DNA of 64,000 nucleotides from Curvularia clavata (Eukaryota), in assembly GCA_023920165.1 (NCBI GenBank), contig CP089280.1:372001-436000 (forward strand), read 5' to 3'. Shown here in pieces: positions 36,849 through 48,800 of the stretch (position 1 is its first letter; the number at the start of each line of letters is the position of its first letter). The position numbers and the translations under genes were made by a program. Under the pieces are notes generated by a model, which was not told where the DNA came from, searched no databases, and worked only from the letters and a program-made list of their open reading frames with translations.

Positions 36849-38537
36849 TCAAATCTCGATATCAACGCCAATGTCCATGCTCGCAATAATGTCATCATCC
36901 ATCTTGGGCTTTCTGAATGTCGGCAGTCCTTTCCGCTCCGTCTTCTTCTTGTTGGGCTGCTGAGGGTTAGGAGTAGATGCCCTTGAGCTGGCGTCGCCGT
37001 CGAAAAGAGCATCGACCTCGAGCGCCTTCTTCTTCTGCGCCTCTTCCTCTCGTGCCTTTCGGGCTTCCTCTTCTGCTTTCCGTCGGGCAGCCTCCTTCTT
37101 CTGCTCAATCTTCTTTTGCCGCTGTTGCTCAAGCTGGGCTTTGCGGACGCGCTCAGCCTCGAGGATGCGGTTCTTGCGGTTGAGCTCAGCAACTCGCGCA
37201 GCGGCTGCCTCGGACTGTGTCGCAATCTTGGGCTGCGCTTCAGACGTCGAGCGCTGGAGAAGGTGTGCGTATTTCTTAGACTTGGCGATACGTGCGCTAA
37301 TGTCCGCGTCGGTCCAGTAGTGGTTCTGCAGCGCCTTGAGATCGTTATATTTCCGCTGAAGGAATGACTGTGACGGCACTTTGGAGTTTGTCTCCACAAG
37401 AGACTGGCGATAAAGATCAAGGTCCTGCTCGGTAAATCGCTGGTTCGACATGAACTGGAATTGGTACTCCTTCTTCATGGATCCATGTTGTGCAATGACG
37501 TATTGATCAGTCGCGACACGCTTTCCATCCTTGCCTTCAAAGACATAAGGTTTGCCAACCGAGAAGCCTTATGGATGGGTTAGCCACATTCATGACGTGG
37601 TGTTTGACTTGCTTACCCTTGATTTGTGCCATCTTGTAGGTGGTGCGCCGTTGAGCATCCTGGCCAACACCCACACGCCCAAAGGCGCCTGTTAGGGCCT
37701 CTTCAAAGCCAGGGTGGAAACACACTTCTGAGAAGAAGCCTCGACCGACGCGCACCGATTCAAAATCACGTAGGGTCGCGGGCACCTCCTCACGGACCTT
37801 TTCTGGTACTCCGTCGTCCCACTCAACATCGCTTTCGCCATCTGCGTCAATGTCTGATCCGTCCCGGTCGCCGGAGCTGGACCGCCTGCGGTCGCCACGT
37901 CGGTCGTCGTGTCGCTGCCTTTGCTGACCTCGCTGCTCTCGCTCGCGCTTGTATGCCTCGAGCTTCTCATTTTTGCGGGGTTGCACCTTGGGGCGACTGC
38001 TCTTGCGCGTTGAGTCGTCGGGATCTTCTGAGTCGGCCTTGCGCTTCCGGTCGTTTTGGACATTGGCAGCACGCCTGGCGAGTTCTGCCTTGAAGTTGGC
38101 ATTGCTCATTTCCTCGGCGCGTTGTCCCAGAATCTCCTCGCGTTCCAGCTGCGACATGCCCATGATTCGTCGCTTATCTGCCTCGTCGATGTATTTGCCC
38201 TCGAGAGGGTAAGGCACGTCGGCTGCGTGCGCGGGCTCATCATCGTCACGGTCCGAGTCAGACTCGTCCATGGCATCGGATCCCAGTGAGTTTGGCGATG
38301 AGGCTGCAGGCGACGAACTGCGTCGAGTCAGCGCCATGGTGCGGAAAGGGGTGGAAGTGGTCGGTGGAGGGTTGAGCGGAGGAGTATGGGTGGAAGAAAC
38401 GATGGAAGGGAGAGGCGATGGATGGAAAAGGTAATGGTGGGTGAGAGAAGTACTCACGCCTCGCCTTCTTCTACGTCTGCCTCTTCGTCACCACCGGCGA
38501 GGGCGAAGAGCTCGTCGTCGATATCATCGGCCGACAT
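36849..38537 (-). CDS. RTF1: Paf1 complex subunit Rtf1 (Plus3 domain); introns 38318-38457, 37568-37616
   Basis: MSADDIDDELFALAGG, YPLEGKYIDEADK...EREEILGQRAEE (histone modification domain), Plus3 (GFEEALTGAFGRVGVG...SNQRFTE) and MDIGVDIEI end. Confidence 0.93.
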
Positions 38538-38866
38538 TGTGAAGGAGACTGATGGGAATTTGGCGGTGGATTTCTGGGGTGTATGAGCGACGATATGGAT
38601 GATACTGGGGGGTCGCTGAGGATGCCGTGAGGAGATTTGGGCGCGCTTAAGGGGGAAGAGAGGAGGGATGAAGAGGAACGTGGGAAGTCCAAAGGTCGGG
38701 GAAACGCTCGCTGCGCTCGGACCACGCCGCGTCTTGAAAGTGGGCCACTTTAGCGTCCAGTGAGCGCATCATAGCCACTCTTTCCTACTCTTGTACACGC
38801 TTTTCGCAAGAACAACAGCATGTTTCCTGTATTCTTCTCCTTGTGCAGTGGCCTGACGTGTTCTAG

Positions 38867-39625
38867 ATGTCTCCTGTAATTTTCTCACCACGAACATTGT
38901 CGCGCGGAATTGGCCGCACCTCTCAATCCCCTGTCCTCGCTTTTCTTGCCCCCAGTCTTACCACCCGCACGCCCCGTCCGACTTTAAGGTTTTCCAGCAC
39001 AACGGCAACGCCGTCTTCGTCGCAAACCACAGACAATGGCAAACCCGTACGGCCACTCACGCCCGAGCAGCGCGAATTCCTCTCGTCAGCGCTGCGAGTA
39101 AACCAGACTGGCGAGCTCGCTGCCATCCTCATCTACGCCGCCCAATCGCCCGTCATCACGCGGTCGCACCCCCACCTGCGTCCGCTTATGAAGCACATGT
39201 ACGACCAGGAGGCAGGCCACTACAAGTACTTCAACGAAGTCATTTCCAAGCACCGCATTCGCCCGACAGCCATGACTCCCATCTGGACGGCTGCGGCGAG
39301 TATTCTGGGCTGGTCAACGGCGGTCATGGGGCGCGAGGCTGCAATGGCATGTACAGAAGCCGTCGAGACGGAGATTGGGACGCATTACAATGAGCAGGTG
39401 CGCGTGCTGTTGGACTGGGCCAAGAAGTGCGAGCAGAGGGGGGAGAGCCTGGGACCCGAGTTGGATAAGCTGGTAGCAGAGTTGAGGCGGATAAGAGACG
39501 AAGAGCTGGAACACTTGGATCATGCTGTCGAAAACGACGCCAAGAATGCAAAGCCGTATGAGCTTCTCACCGAGATTATCAGGGGTGGCTGTAGGGGAGC
39601 CATCTGGGTGAGTGAGCGAGTGTAA
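38867..39625 (+). CDS. COQ7: 5-demethoxyubiquinone hydroxylase, mitochondrial di-iron protein
   Basis: Arg/Ser-rich presequence; LRVNQTGELAA, QEAGH, AMACTEAVETEIGTHYNEQ, RDEELEH and AIWVSERV. Confidence 0.95.
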   Translation: MSPVIFSPRTLSRGIGRTSQSPVLAFLAPSLTTRTPRPTLRFSSTTATPSSSQTTDNGKPVRPLTPEQREFLSSALRVNQTGELAAILIYAAQSPVITRSHPHLRPLMKHMYDQEAGHYKYFNEVISKHRIRPTAMTPIWTAAASILGWSTAVMGREAAMACTEAVETEIGTHYNEQVRVLLDWAKKCEQRGESLGPELDKLVAELRRIRDEELEHLDHAVENDAKNAKPYELLTEIIRGGCRGAIWVSERV

Positions 39626-39677
39626 CGTGACCCTTGTTGAAACTATGTGTAAATGTTGTAGTATACTGTACATTAGG

Positions 39678-39698
39678 CATGACATGACATGACATGAC
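39678..39698. repeat. (CATGA)4 microsatellite downstream of COQ7
   Basis: catgacatgacatgacatgac read directly. Confidence 0.85.
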
Positions 39699-39922
39699 TA
39701 GGGCGGAATCAAAACAGGTTTCTCTCCTCATTGAGAGTATCGATCACGCATGACTTGCCTGCCTATACGCATTGCTAAGCGCAGAACACAGGTCACTTGA
39801 TACATGTAACAGGCAACATGTTCTAATTTTGAGCAACAAAAATATCTACAAAAGATGCAAACCAGCGTGGTTGCCGTCATCTAGAAGCTCAGAAGAGTCG
39901 GATCTGATCCTATGGATACTCG

Positions 39923-40951
39923 TTACGACAACATTTTGACAATGGAGGCTGCGGTAGCATTGTTGATTGGGAACGTTGGGTGCAACTCATTAAGCCACAA
40001 GTACTCATTGACAGGGTACTCGCAGCTCGGGTCCTTGATGTACCAAGTGGGTGTTCCGCTATGCAGTTGTTAGCCAACCGTCTTCTTAGTGCATTCGCAA
40101 CAAGAGAAGAATACTCACTTCATGTACGCCTTGCAGTAGCCCGTGACGTTTTTCAACCCAGCTGTCTGCTGGTAACTTGCCGGGTTCTTGATGACACTGT
40201 TGTACAGGCTCCAGGTATCATACACAAACATGGTGGTGCCTGTGTGCTTCTTCCGGAACCCAGCTACCATGTTGGCAACTCTTTTGTTCCAGTCGACAAT
40301 GGCCTTGCCCTCGTTCTCGACGGCATATCCGCCATCGTCTTGGTTTAGCGTCAGGGGCGCCAGATTGACGGGAGGAACATTGAGGAAGAGGAAGTTGCGG
40401 GCTCCCGTGGCGTAGATGTCGGTTAGTTGCTGCTCGTATACAGAGAAGATGGCATCGTAGAGGGTCGAGTTGTTCAGCCACCAGCTGTTGCCCACGTCGT
40501 TGATGCCGATGAAGAAGGCAAAGAGCGATGAGCTGGATGTCCAAGGTGCAAAGTCAGGGTGGGACCCGTAGGTAGGCAAGAACTGAGTCTGGACTTGGTT
40601 CTTCATGCTGATGACGGTTGGTGCATACGGGGTGACAAGGGCGGAGTCGACAGTAGCGCCACCGTAGGCCATGTTGTACGTGAGGAGAGTGCTAGCATTG
40701 TAGGTGGTGGTTAGGAAGCCAACCCAGTTAGGCCCGTTGGAAGATGTCCAGCCAGGATAGGGCGGGTTGCCGAGTGGGTTGGAAGGGCTTGGCTGGGTGC
40801 CGTTTACGTTGAAGCCAGTCTGAGTATACGAATCACCAAAGACGAAGAGATGGCGTACATTCTTCCATCCAGACCACGAGGAGCGTTGTGCTTGGGGTGC
40901 AGCGAATCCAGTGGCAGCCAAGGACAGGGCGAGAACAGTTGATTTAACCAT
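39923..40951 (-). CDS. Secreted SGNH/GDSL esterase (CE16 acetylesterase-like); intron 40059-40118
   Basis: Signal peptide; FGDSYT, NMAYGGAT, IGINDV, GARNFLFLNVPP. Spliced last exon contains YLWLNELHP. Confidence 0.9.
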
Positions 40952-42193
40952 GTTGCCGATTACCCACAATCAATGGGACGAGACAAGACGAGACGAGCAG
41001 AGTGAATTTGTACAGACATTTCCAGGCGAAAGCATGTTAATAAGTATGCTACGGACTAAGTTGATGGTAGGCCCGGCGAGTGATCCGGGATAATGGAACG
41101 ACGACGCTAACAGGGCAGAATAGATGGAAATTGATGGGCGTACGCAACGACCCCACAATTTGGATATAAAGAGTCTGTCTGTACTACGTAGCAACGGAAG
41201 AATTAATTCTGGGGATGGCATTGTGGTGCACTAATAAGAGGCTCCGGGGAAGTCGTCCCGGATTGGCTGAGGGACGGGTAGTATGGCAATGCTCCGTGTC
41301 GTAAAGGGAATGGTGTCGGTACACCACTCAACGACGCGACGCGATTGTTTCGATAGAAGATCGACGAGAAATTCCGGATGCGAGTTTTGGTGTGTATGAA
41401 GAATGGCGATGTAGCAGGGCGTCACGTGGGCTGCACTATGGGATGCAGTCATGGTGAGACAGGTCAGCCAGGGCGCGATGAGGGAGAGACATGAGCTCAG
41501 CAACCTTGATTTACAATTGCGCCTGCCAGATGGTCGTTCGGGCGAAGCGGAAGGGCGGAAGCCAGATAGACACGTAAGGTAATGGTTGGTGCCGGCCGAG
41601 CATGGCCATTGTCCAAGTCGATGGATGGTCGGATGCGTAATTGGGGTGGCTGACAAGTGGCGTAAGGCTGAGAGGCGGCTGGGCCAATGCAGACCCCGGC
41701 TCCATGTAAAGCAGAGAGAGAGAGAGTGCCTGTTGTCATGTTGCCAGACATTCAAATACTATTCTCATGCGTTTGTCCTTGCTCATTTCGCTGCTGGCCG
41801 CAAAGCAGCGTCATCCCTCCTTGAGTTTGGGCCCATCCCTTTTGCAGCAAACGCACAGCTCAATCTTTGCTGCTCGACTCGGCTTCGCTGCAATTCCGCA
41901 TTCCGACTCGACCTCGACCACCTCTCCGTCGTCCGACTAGCCAAGCTGACAGAAACACCGAGAGCTGGCGAGTCTACAAACCTGATTGTCCGATCCTGCG
42001 TGTTCCGCCGTCCGAAATGCCCGCTTACTGACTCTCGAGCCCTCGCATATATCCTGCATTCGCTTGACTGCCGAGCGTTTGTCTCTACAACCACCCAGCC
42101 ATCTCACACCAGCCCCACCCATTACCAGCTTCCCTTGACTTCGCGACAACACACCCACCACACACAGGGACAAACTGCTAGCACTCGCCAGTC

Positions 42194-45100
42194 ATGGCGG
42201 GAATGGAGAACATCGAAGTCCACAGCAAGGTATGTCGCTCGCCCACTCTCCATGTCACACCTACTGATTGATGCCAGTCGTACCTTGTAAGATGGGTCAA
42301 TGTTTCTTCAGGACACACAATATCCTGGAGCGTTCAGCCGCACAAGAAATCCCTCAACTTTGGCATCTTTAAGCACCCCGGAAACGCGACTGGTTCAGCC
42401 CCTCTGCCTCCCTCCGCTACCTTCGAGCCAGGTCCGGGCACCCCGAGTCTCGAGCCGCCGGTAACACGCGGACGCGGAGCTTCGACCTCACGAAACGACC
42501 GAACCGTTGTCCTTGAAAAGTTGGCTGCCCTTGGCCTCAAACAGGTACACTGGCATGGAAAATGCGAGGCCGACTTGGTCACCATGGGCACCTACGACAT
42601 ACCTCCTGGCGAGGGCGGCATGTATGGCCTGGTCTTTGACAACACCTTTTCCAAGACTGTGTCCAAGACGGCCACCTTTGTCCTCATGACCTATCCCACC
42701 AATGCCGCCCCAAAGTCTGGTCACCACATGCACTATGCCCAGGCAATGGCCGGCGCAAGCACAACTAGCCTCCCCAGATCAAACCCTTCTATAAATCCTG
42801 CAGAGTCGTCCGAGTCCTTGCCCCAGCCGCAGGGAGAGCGTCCCCGATCACAATATGCTCAAAAGCAAGGCAGTCTTTCCGGCTCCTCCTTCCTCACCGG
42901 AGTGCTGCACAAGAAGAGGAGGAAGAGGAACCAGGGCTATGCGAAGCGCTTCTTCTCATTGGATCTCACATCCTCGACATTGTCATACTACCGCAACGAC
43001 CATTCTTCCGCCCTGCGCGGTGCCATACCCCTCTCCCTAGCCGCTATTGGCGCAAACGAGGAAACCAGGGAAATCTCGGTAGATTCAGGCGCTGAGATCT
43101 GGCAGTTGCGCGCCCTCAACGACAAGGACTTCCAAATGTGGAAAACCGCGCTGGACCGTGCATCAAGAACAGCTGCAGACAGAGGAGCCATAGCTTCGCC
43201 GACGCTGCAGATACAAGAAGGCACGTTCCAGAGCTTTCCTCAAGCCCCGAGTGCGGCCGAGGAGAACGAATGGGCTAGAGTCGAGGCTTTGGTGGGAAGA
43301 GTTTCCGGCACAAGAGATGCGGTGCGGAGATTGACCCAGCAAACCGAATCCAAGTTGGCTTCCACAAGTGCATTGACGCCTACAAAGACGAACGATGCAC
43401 CATCGCCCACGCCATCCGAAGCAGAATCTGGTGACTATTTTCCAGAGCAAAAAGCCCCTGAAAAGACTGCTTTCTGGAAGCGCAAGCCAAGTTCTTCTGC
43501 TCAGAGCGGCTCAGGAATGTTCAAAAAAGGTGCCTCAGGCAGCGCTGCATCACCTGGAGCAGTCCCCCCTGTACCTTCCTTGCCCGCAAATATCTCTGCC
43601 AACGGCACACTTGCTGTTCCCAAACAGAATGGCCGTCCAAGTAGCACAAGTGCTCCTCAGGACGACTTGCATGAACACTGTATGGCTTTGCTGAGAGACT
43701 TGGATTCCGTAGTGAAGGACTTTTCCAACCTCATCAGCGAAAGCAAGCAACGCCGAGCCCTAGCCCAGCCCCCACTTTCTGCTGTGGCATCACGCCAAAG
43801 CTTTGAATCTACTGCAGAATCCATCGACGAGTTCTTCGATGCTAACGATGGCGACGGTGGCAAGTCCCAGCTGCTTACTATCCGGCGCGATAGCGGTGAC
43901 GACGAGCGCGAACAGGAACCATCTCCAAATGAAGACTCGGATGGAGAGTCAGAATCCTCCTCGGAAAATGGAAGCGAGATGATGCGAGATCGGCCACGCA
44001 TGTCGCTGGAAACGACACCGGCGCTTTTCCCTACAAAGCCTACGTCTCTCAAACCTCTGCCTCTCAGTCCCGTTGAGCGCCGGGCTACAGTTCCTGCGCC
44101 CAAGGTCCAGCCCCCAAGTCTGATTGCATTCTTCAGGAAGAACGTTGGCAAGGACCTGTCGACTATTGCCATGCCCGTATCTGCCAACGAGCCCACTTCG
44201 GCATTGCAAAGACTAGCCGAGCAGCTCGAATACAGTGAACTGCTAGATGCTGCTGTCACAGCTCCATCAGAAACCGGTGAACGCCTTGTCTACATGGCCG
44301 CGTTTGCCATTTCAGCTTTCAGCAATGCCCGTGTCAAGGACCGCGCCATCCGCAAACCTTTCAATCCCATGCTTGGTGAAACGTATGAGCTCGTCCGTGA
44401 AGACAAGGGCTTCCGTTTCTTCGCCGAAAAGGTCGTGCACCGTCCAGTGCGCATGGCCTGCCAAGCTGAAGCACAGGAATGGACCTTTATCCAATCCCCT
44501 ACGCCCATGCAGAAATTCTGGGGCAAAAGCGCCGAGATCAACACCGATGGCCGGGTTCGCATCTTCCTGCATGCTTCCGGTGAGCACTATTCCTGGACCC
44601 TGGCAACCTCGTACCTGCGTAACGTCATTGCGGGCGAAAAGTACCTCGAACCTTCCGGTACCATGACCATTTTCTCGGAAACCACAGGCGCAAAGGCCGT
44701 GTGCACTTTTAAGGCCGGTGGCATGTTCGCTGGCCGCTCGGAAGATGTCGTAGTCGAAACATTTGACAACACAGGCTCCATCCTCCCCAGTGGCGCGACC
44801 GGCAAATGGACAACCGAACTTCAGCTTACATCCAACGGCCAACCAACAGGCAAGACTATCTGGAAAGTAGGCAGTCTCGTGGACAAAGCTGAGAAACACT
44901 ACGGCCTCACCTCCTTTGCTGCCGCACTCAACCAAGTCACAGCTATTGAACAAGGCCACATCCCGCCCACCGACTCGCGCCTCCGACCTGATCAGCGCGC
45001 CCTCGAAGACGGCGACGTTGACAAAGCCGAAGCTCTGAAAGCGCGTCTTGAGGAGCGCCAGCGAGCCCGCAGAAGGGTCATGGAAGAACACGGCCAAGAG

Positions 45101-45253
45101 TGGAAGCCCCGCTGGTTCACCAAGGTCGGTTCTGTCGAAGCAGCAGCCTTGGGCGACGAAGAAGTTTGGCGCCTCAGGGGTGGCAAAGACGGATACTGGG
45201 AGTGTAGGGAACGCGGTGAGTGGGGCGATCTGACTCCGGTTTTTGAGACTTGA
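42194..45253 (+). CDS. OSH3: Oxysterol-binding protein homolog Osh3 (GOLD-PH-ORD); intron 42230-42277
   Basis: IEVHSK|SYLVRWV and FDNTFSK (GOLD), LHKKRRKRNQGYAKRFF (PH), FFAT-like DEFFDA, KPFNPMLGETYE, EKVVHRP and PTDSRLRPDQR (ORD). Confidence 0.94.
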
Positions 45254-45892
45254 AACGTGCCAAGATGACTAGAAAAGGGAGATGGGAAGTGCAAGCGTAT
45301 AGAGATACTAGAAACGAAGTTCATGAACGAGTTAAACGAACGGCGAAGGGATGTGGTATATATCACGATTGATGGTTGAACGTTTTATGAATGAAGGGAA
45401 CTTGGACTCGGTGACTGTAAAAAAGTCACGAGCCTAATATAGAAAATTTTAATTTAACATGTTAGCAGCGAGGAAAACAATAATATATGCATATGTAGAA
45501 ACAACACACGACTTTATGGCAATATAGCAGCAGTACTCATAGAACCATCAGTGACATTTAACAACTTCAATCGTACAACTTGATATCCTGCGTACTGCAA
45601 CGAAAGACACTAGGAAAAGAAAAGAGTGTAGTGCCGCCATCAAGGCAGCCAACTACATGCGTAAGCAGACTCGTGAACGTGCAAAAGAAAAGAGCGAGCG
45701 AAGCAAGAACGCTAAAACACAACTCTGATCGAAACAACTCCATCGTTCCATAGTTCATTTCAATCACTCCACCGTCCCATAACTCGTGCCATAACTCATT
45801 CCAATCCACGCCATTATCCCATAACTCATCTCAAACCCCGTCATCATCTCATTCCTCATTCCAAACGTACACAACCCATCACCTCACCCCCT

Positions 45893-48800
45893 CTACGACA
45901 CATGAATCGCAAGTCCATTGCTACGCGGCGAATGAATCTGCATCTGCATCTGCTGGTGCTGGTGCTGCTGATGCTGCTTAACAAGCTCATCACTTCCAAA
46001 CGTCCAGTCCTGGACACCCTTGAACCCTCCCTCCTGGGACTCAGCCTTTCCAGCTCCAAACGCCTTGGCATCCCACTTCTCAGTACCCTCAGCGCCCTTC
46101 CACTTAGGGTCGGTGCCGAAGACGCGGAAGAGCAGCGCGTTGAGGCGCTCGTACTCGGTGTACGACTTGGGCCAGCCGCCGAAGCGCTGGTAGGCGAGCT
46201 TGAGGAGGTGGAGGTGCTTGAGGGCTGTGGCAGCCAGGTCGATGGTGCTGGAATCAATGGCATCGGGGTTGGGTGTGTTGGGTGCAGATTTGATGTTGAC
46301 GCCTTCACGCGCGAGGAGCTGGGCAGTCGTGTCCATTTCGTCGTCGTCGTCGTTTTCGTCGTCGGCGATACCGCTTCCGTTGGATGAGCTGCTGACGAGG
46401 ATGCGGAGAATGTCTTCGTGCACGAGGATGGCCTTCTTGAAGCAGTCTTGTGCCATGCTGCCTGTCTTTTCGCCCTTGGCGGCTTGCGCTTGGTAGTGCT
46501 GGCCGGTCGAGGTGTAGAGTTGGGCAAGAAGCTCGTATGTCTCGATCGTGACAGGCGCGCGAGGGCCGTGGGCTCGGCGCATGTTGTACGCAATGTCTTC
46601 GGCGAGGCGAATCGCCTTGACGGGGTGACCGCCCAGGTAGCGCGCGCAGATGAGGCGGCGACCAAGGTTGAGCAATACTTCGGCAGGCCAGGAGCGTTGA
46701 GCATCGCGTGTCTGCCAGAGCGTAGTAAGAAGCCATTCCAACGTCTCGTAGTCTTCCTGTTCACCGAGCAGAGCAGACAGCTGGCTGAGTTCGTACAGCT
46801 GGATATGAGCAAAGTTGATTTTGAGGCTCTTGCAGATTTCCAAAATTCTCTTGACAATGCGGTTGGAGAGGGCAAGCATCTTCTTGCGCAAAGCAGCATC
46901 AGGACACTTCTCATCGCCGTCACGACCAACCAGTAGGGAGGCAAGCTTGAAGCCCATACCAATAGCTCGTGGGCCGTTGTACCCGTCGTGCTTGCTGGCG
47001 AAGAGGAAGCCCAAGTTGGCAATGTCATAGGCCTCGCGGAACTTCTTCTCTCTCGTAAGCTGGCTCACACTTCGGTTGCTAGACAAGATGACTGAACGGA
47101 TAAAGTCCTTGTTACGGCCACTACCAAGGTAATCGAGGATGCCGATGATGAAGATGCGAGGTGACTCCTTGCTAAAGTCCTTCAGGTCTTGCGCGTCACG
47201 CTTAACAAAGAGATCAACAGCTTGGTCCTCGACAACCGAAACCATGTCCTTATTGTCGTTACGGCGCAGGTAGTATCGAAGGGGGGCAGCAGCAAGAAGG
47301 ATATTTGTGAGACTGTCGTTGTTCTGGAGGGTCTGGTGGAACTGCACCCAGTAAAGGTACTCCATGGTGAGGTCGGCATAGATTTCCGGGAACGTGATGC
47401 TGAGATCCTTCCTGAGATGGTACTGCAAGGAAGCGAGGAACGCGAGAGACGTGCGACCAGTCTTGGTCAGGTCAAACGACCACTTGGAAGCATACCTGGA
47501 ATCCTTGGCACAGATCTGGCGGTGCAGTTCCTGTACCATGCTGTGAGCAGTGCTGGCCTGTCCAATAACTAGCAACGTGGAGGCGATCGAAGCAGCCGAC
47601 TCCATCTGTTTCTGTGACGAGGTTTCCTTTGAAACAATCTCAGAGACAGTCTTGGAAATTTGCTTGATGGCAACGTCCGTCTTTTGCTGGCGCGAGTACA
47701 GAGTAGCGAGCTCTTTCAGACTAGTAAGCGAAGACTCGTGGCTATAACCATATTGCTGAGTAGCTTCTTGGAAGTGCGATTCGCTGATAGCCAAAGCGCG
47801 CGAGATGGTCTCTGACTTCATGCTACTGGAGGATGACGAGTGCATCTGCTTCAGGTAGAGCGATGACAGTGCATTGTTAATTTCCGTAACCGTGGTAGTG
47901 GTAGTCACTTGCTTGCCTGACTGAGACACTGCCTCGTAGAGAGAAATTGCCTCCGACATGTGCTGCTCGCTGCTCTGAGCGACTTGTGCAAGCGAGAGAG
48001 TCGCGTTGATAGCGATAGTAGATTCCGCGCCGAAGACAGCAATGGAGGTCTCACGGTACTCTTTGGTGACCTTGTACATATCGGACCAACTGGCCTTGGT
48101 CTCCTCAAGACACTGGTAGTAACGCTCGTACAGTGTCTCAACAAACTTAGTATCGGCAAAGATCTTGTGCTCCTTGTTCTGTCGGACAAAGGTGTTCCAA
48201 AGTACCTTATAGAACGTCACGGCTTCGGCATAACGACGATCTTCCCAGTACGTTACGGTGACAACTTGTAGAGCATCCAAAGCCCTCTTGTGACAGATGT
48301 CGGACTCCTTGTTTAGGGCTACGAGAATCTGTAAGTAGTAGTCAAGCCAGTAGCCGTGGTTTCTGGGGTGTGCGCGACATCTCTGGGCCAGAATGTACAG
48401 AGTCTGTATGGTGTTCTCGTGTGTGTGGCCAAATCGTGCACGGTATACAACCAAAATCTCTTGGAAGACACTGATAGCCTTGTCTACGTAGCCGTGCTTG
48501 TCGTAGAAGCTGATCAACAGATTCTTTGCCTTCTCGAAGATTGCTTGGTCAACCTTTTCAGTGACGAGGACAGCGCGGAAGAACCGATTGTACACGTCGT
48601 CAACTTTATCCAGTTGCCTCATTTGCAGGTAGCATTCCGCGAGTCGCTCAACCAGTTCGACCGATTCTTGGACGAAAGAAGTCGCCATAGCAACATCGTG
48701 GATGGAGCTTGCAAGGAAGGAAGACCAGGTACGCTTCAAGGTGGCGTGAATGACGTTGATGGCTGCAGTGTAATTACTCTTTGCCATATACTGAGCCGTA

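Noticed and set aside
45777..45830. CCATAACTC three times downstream of the NACHT stop
   Set aside because: Short degenerate 3'-UTR repeat with no supporting structure.
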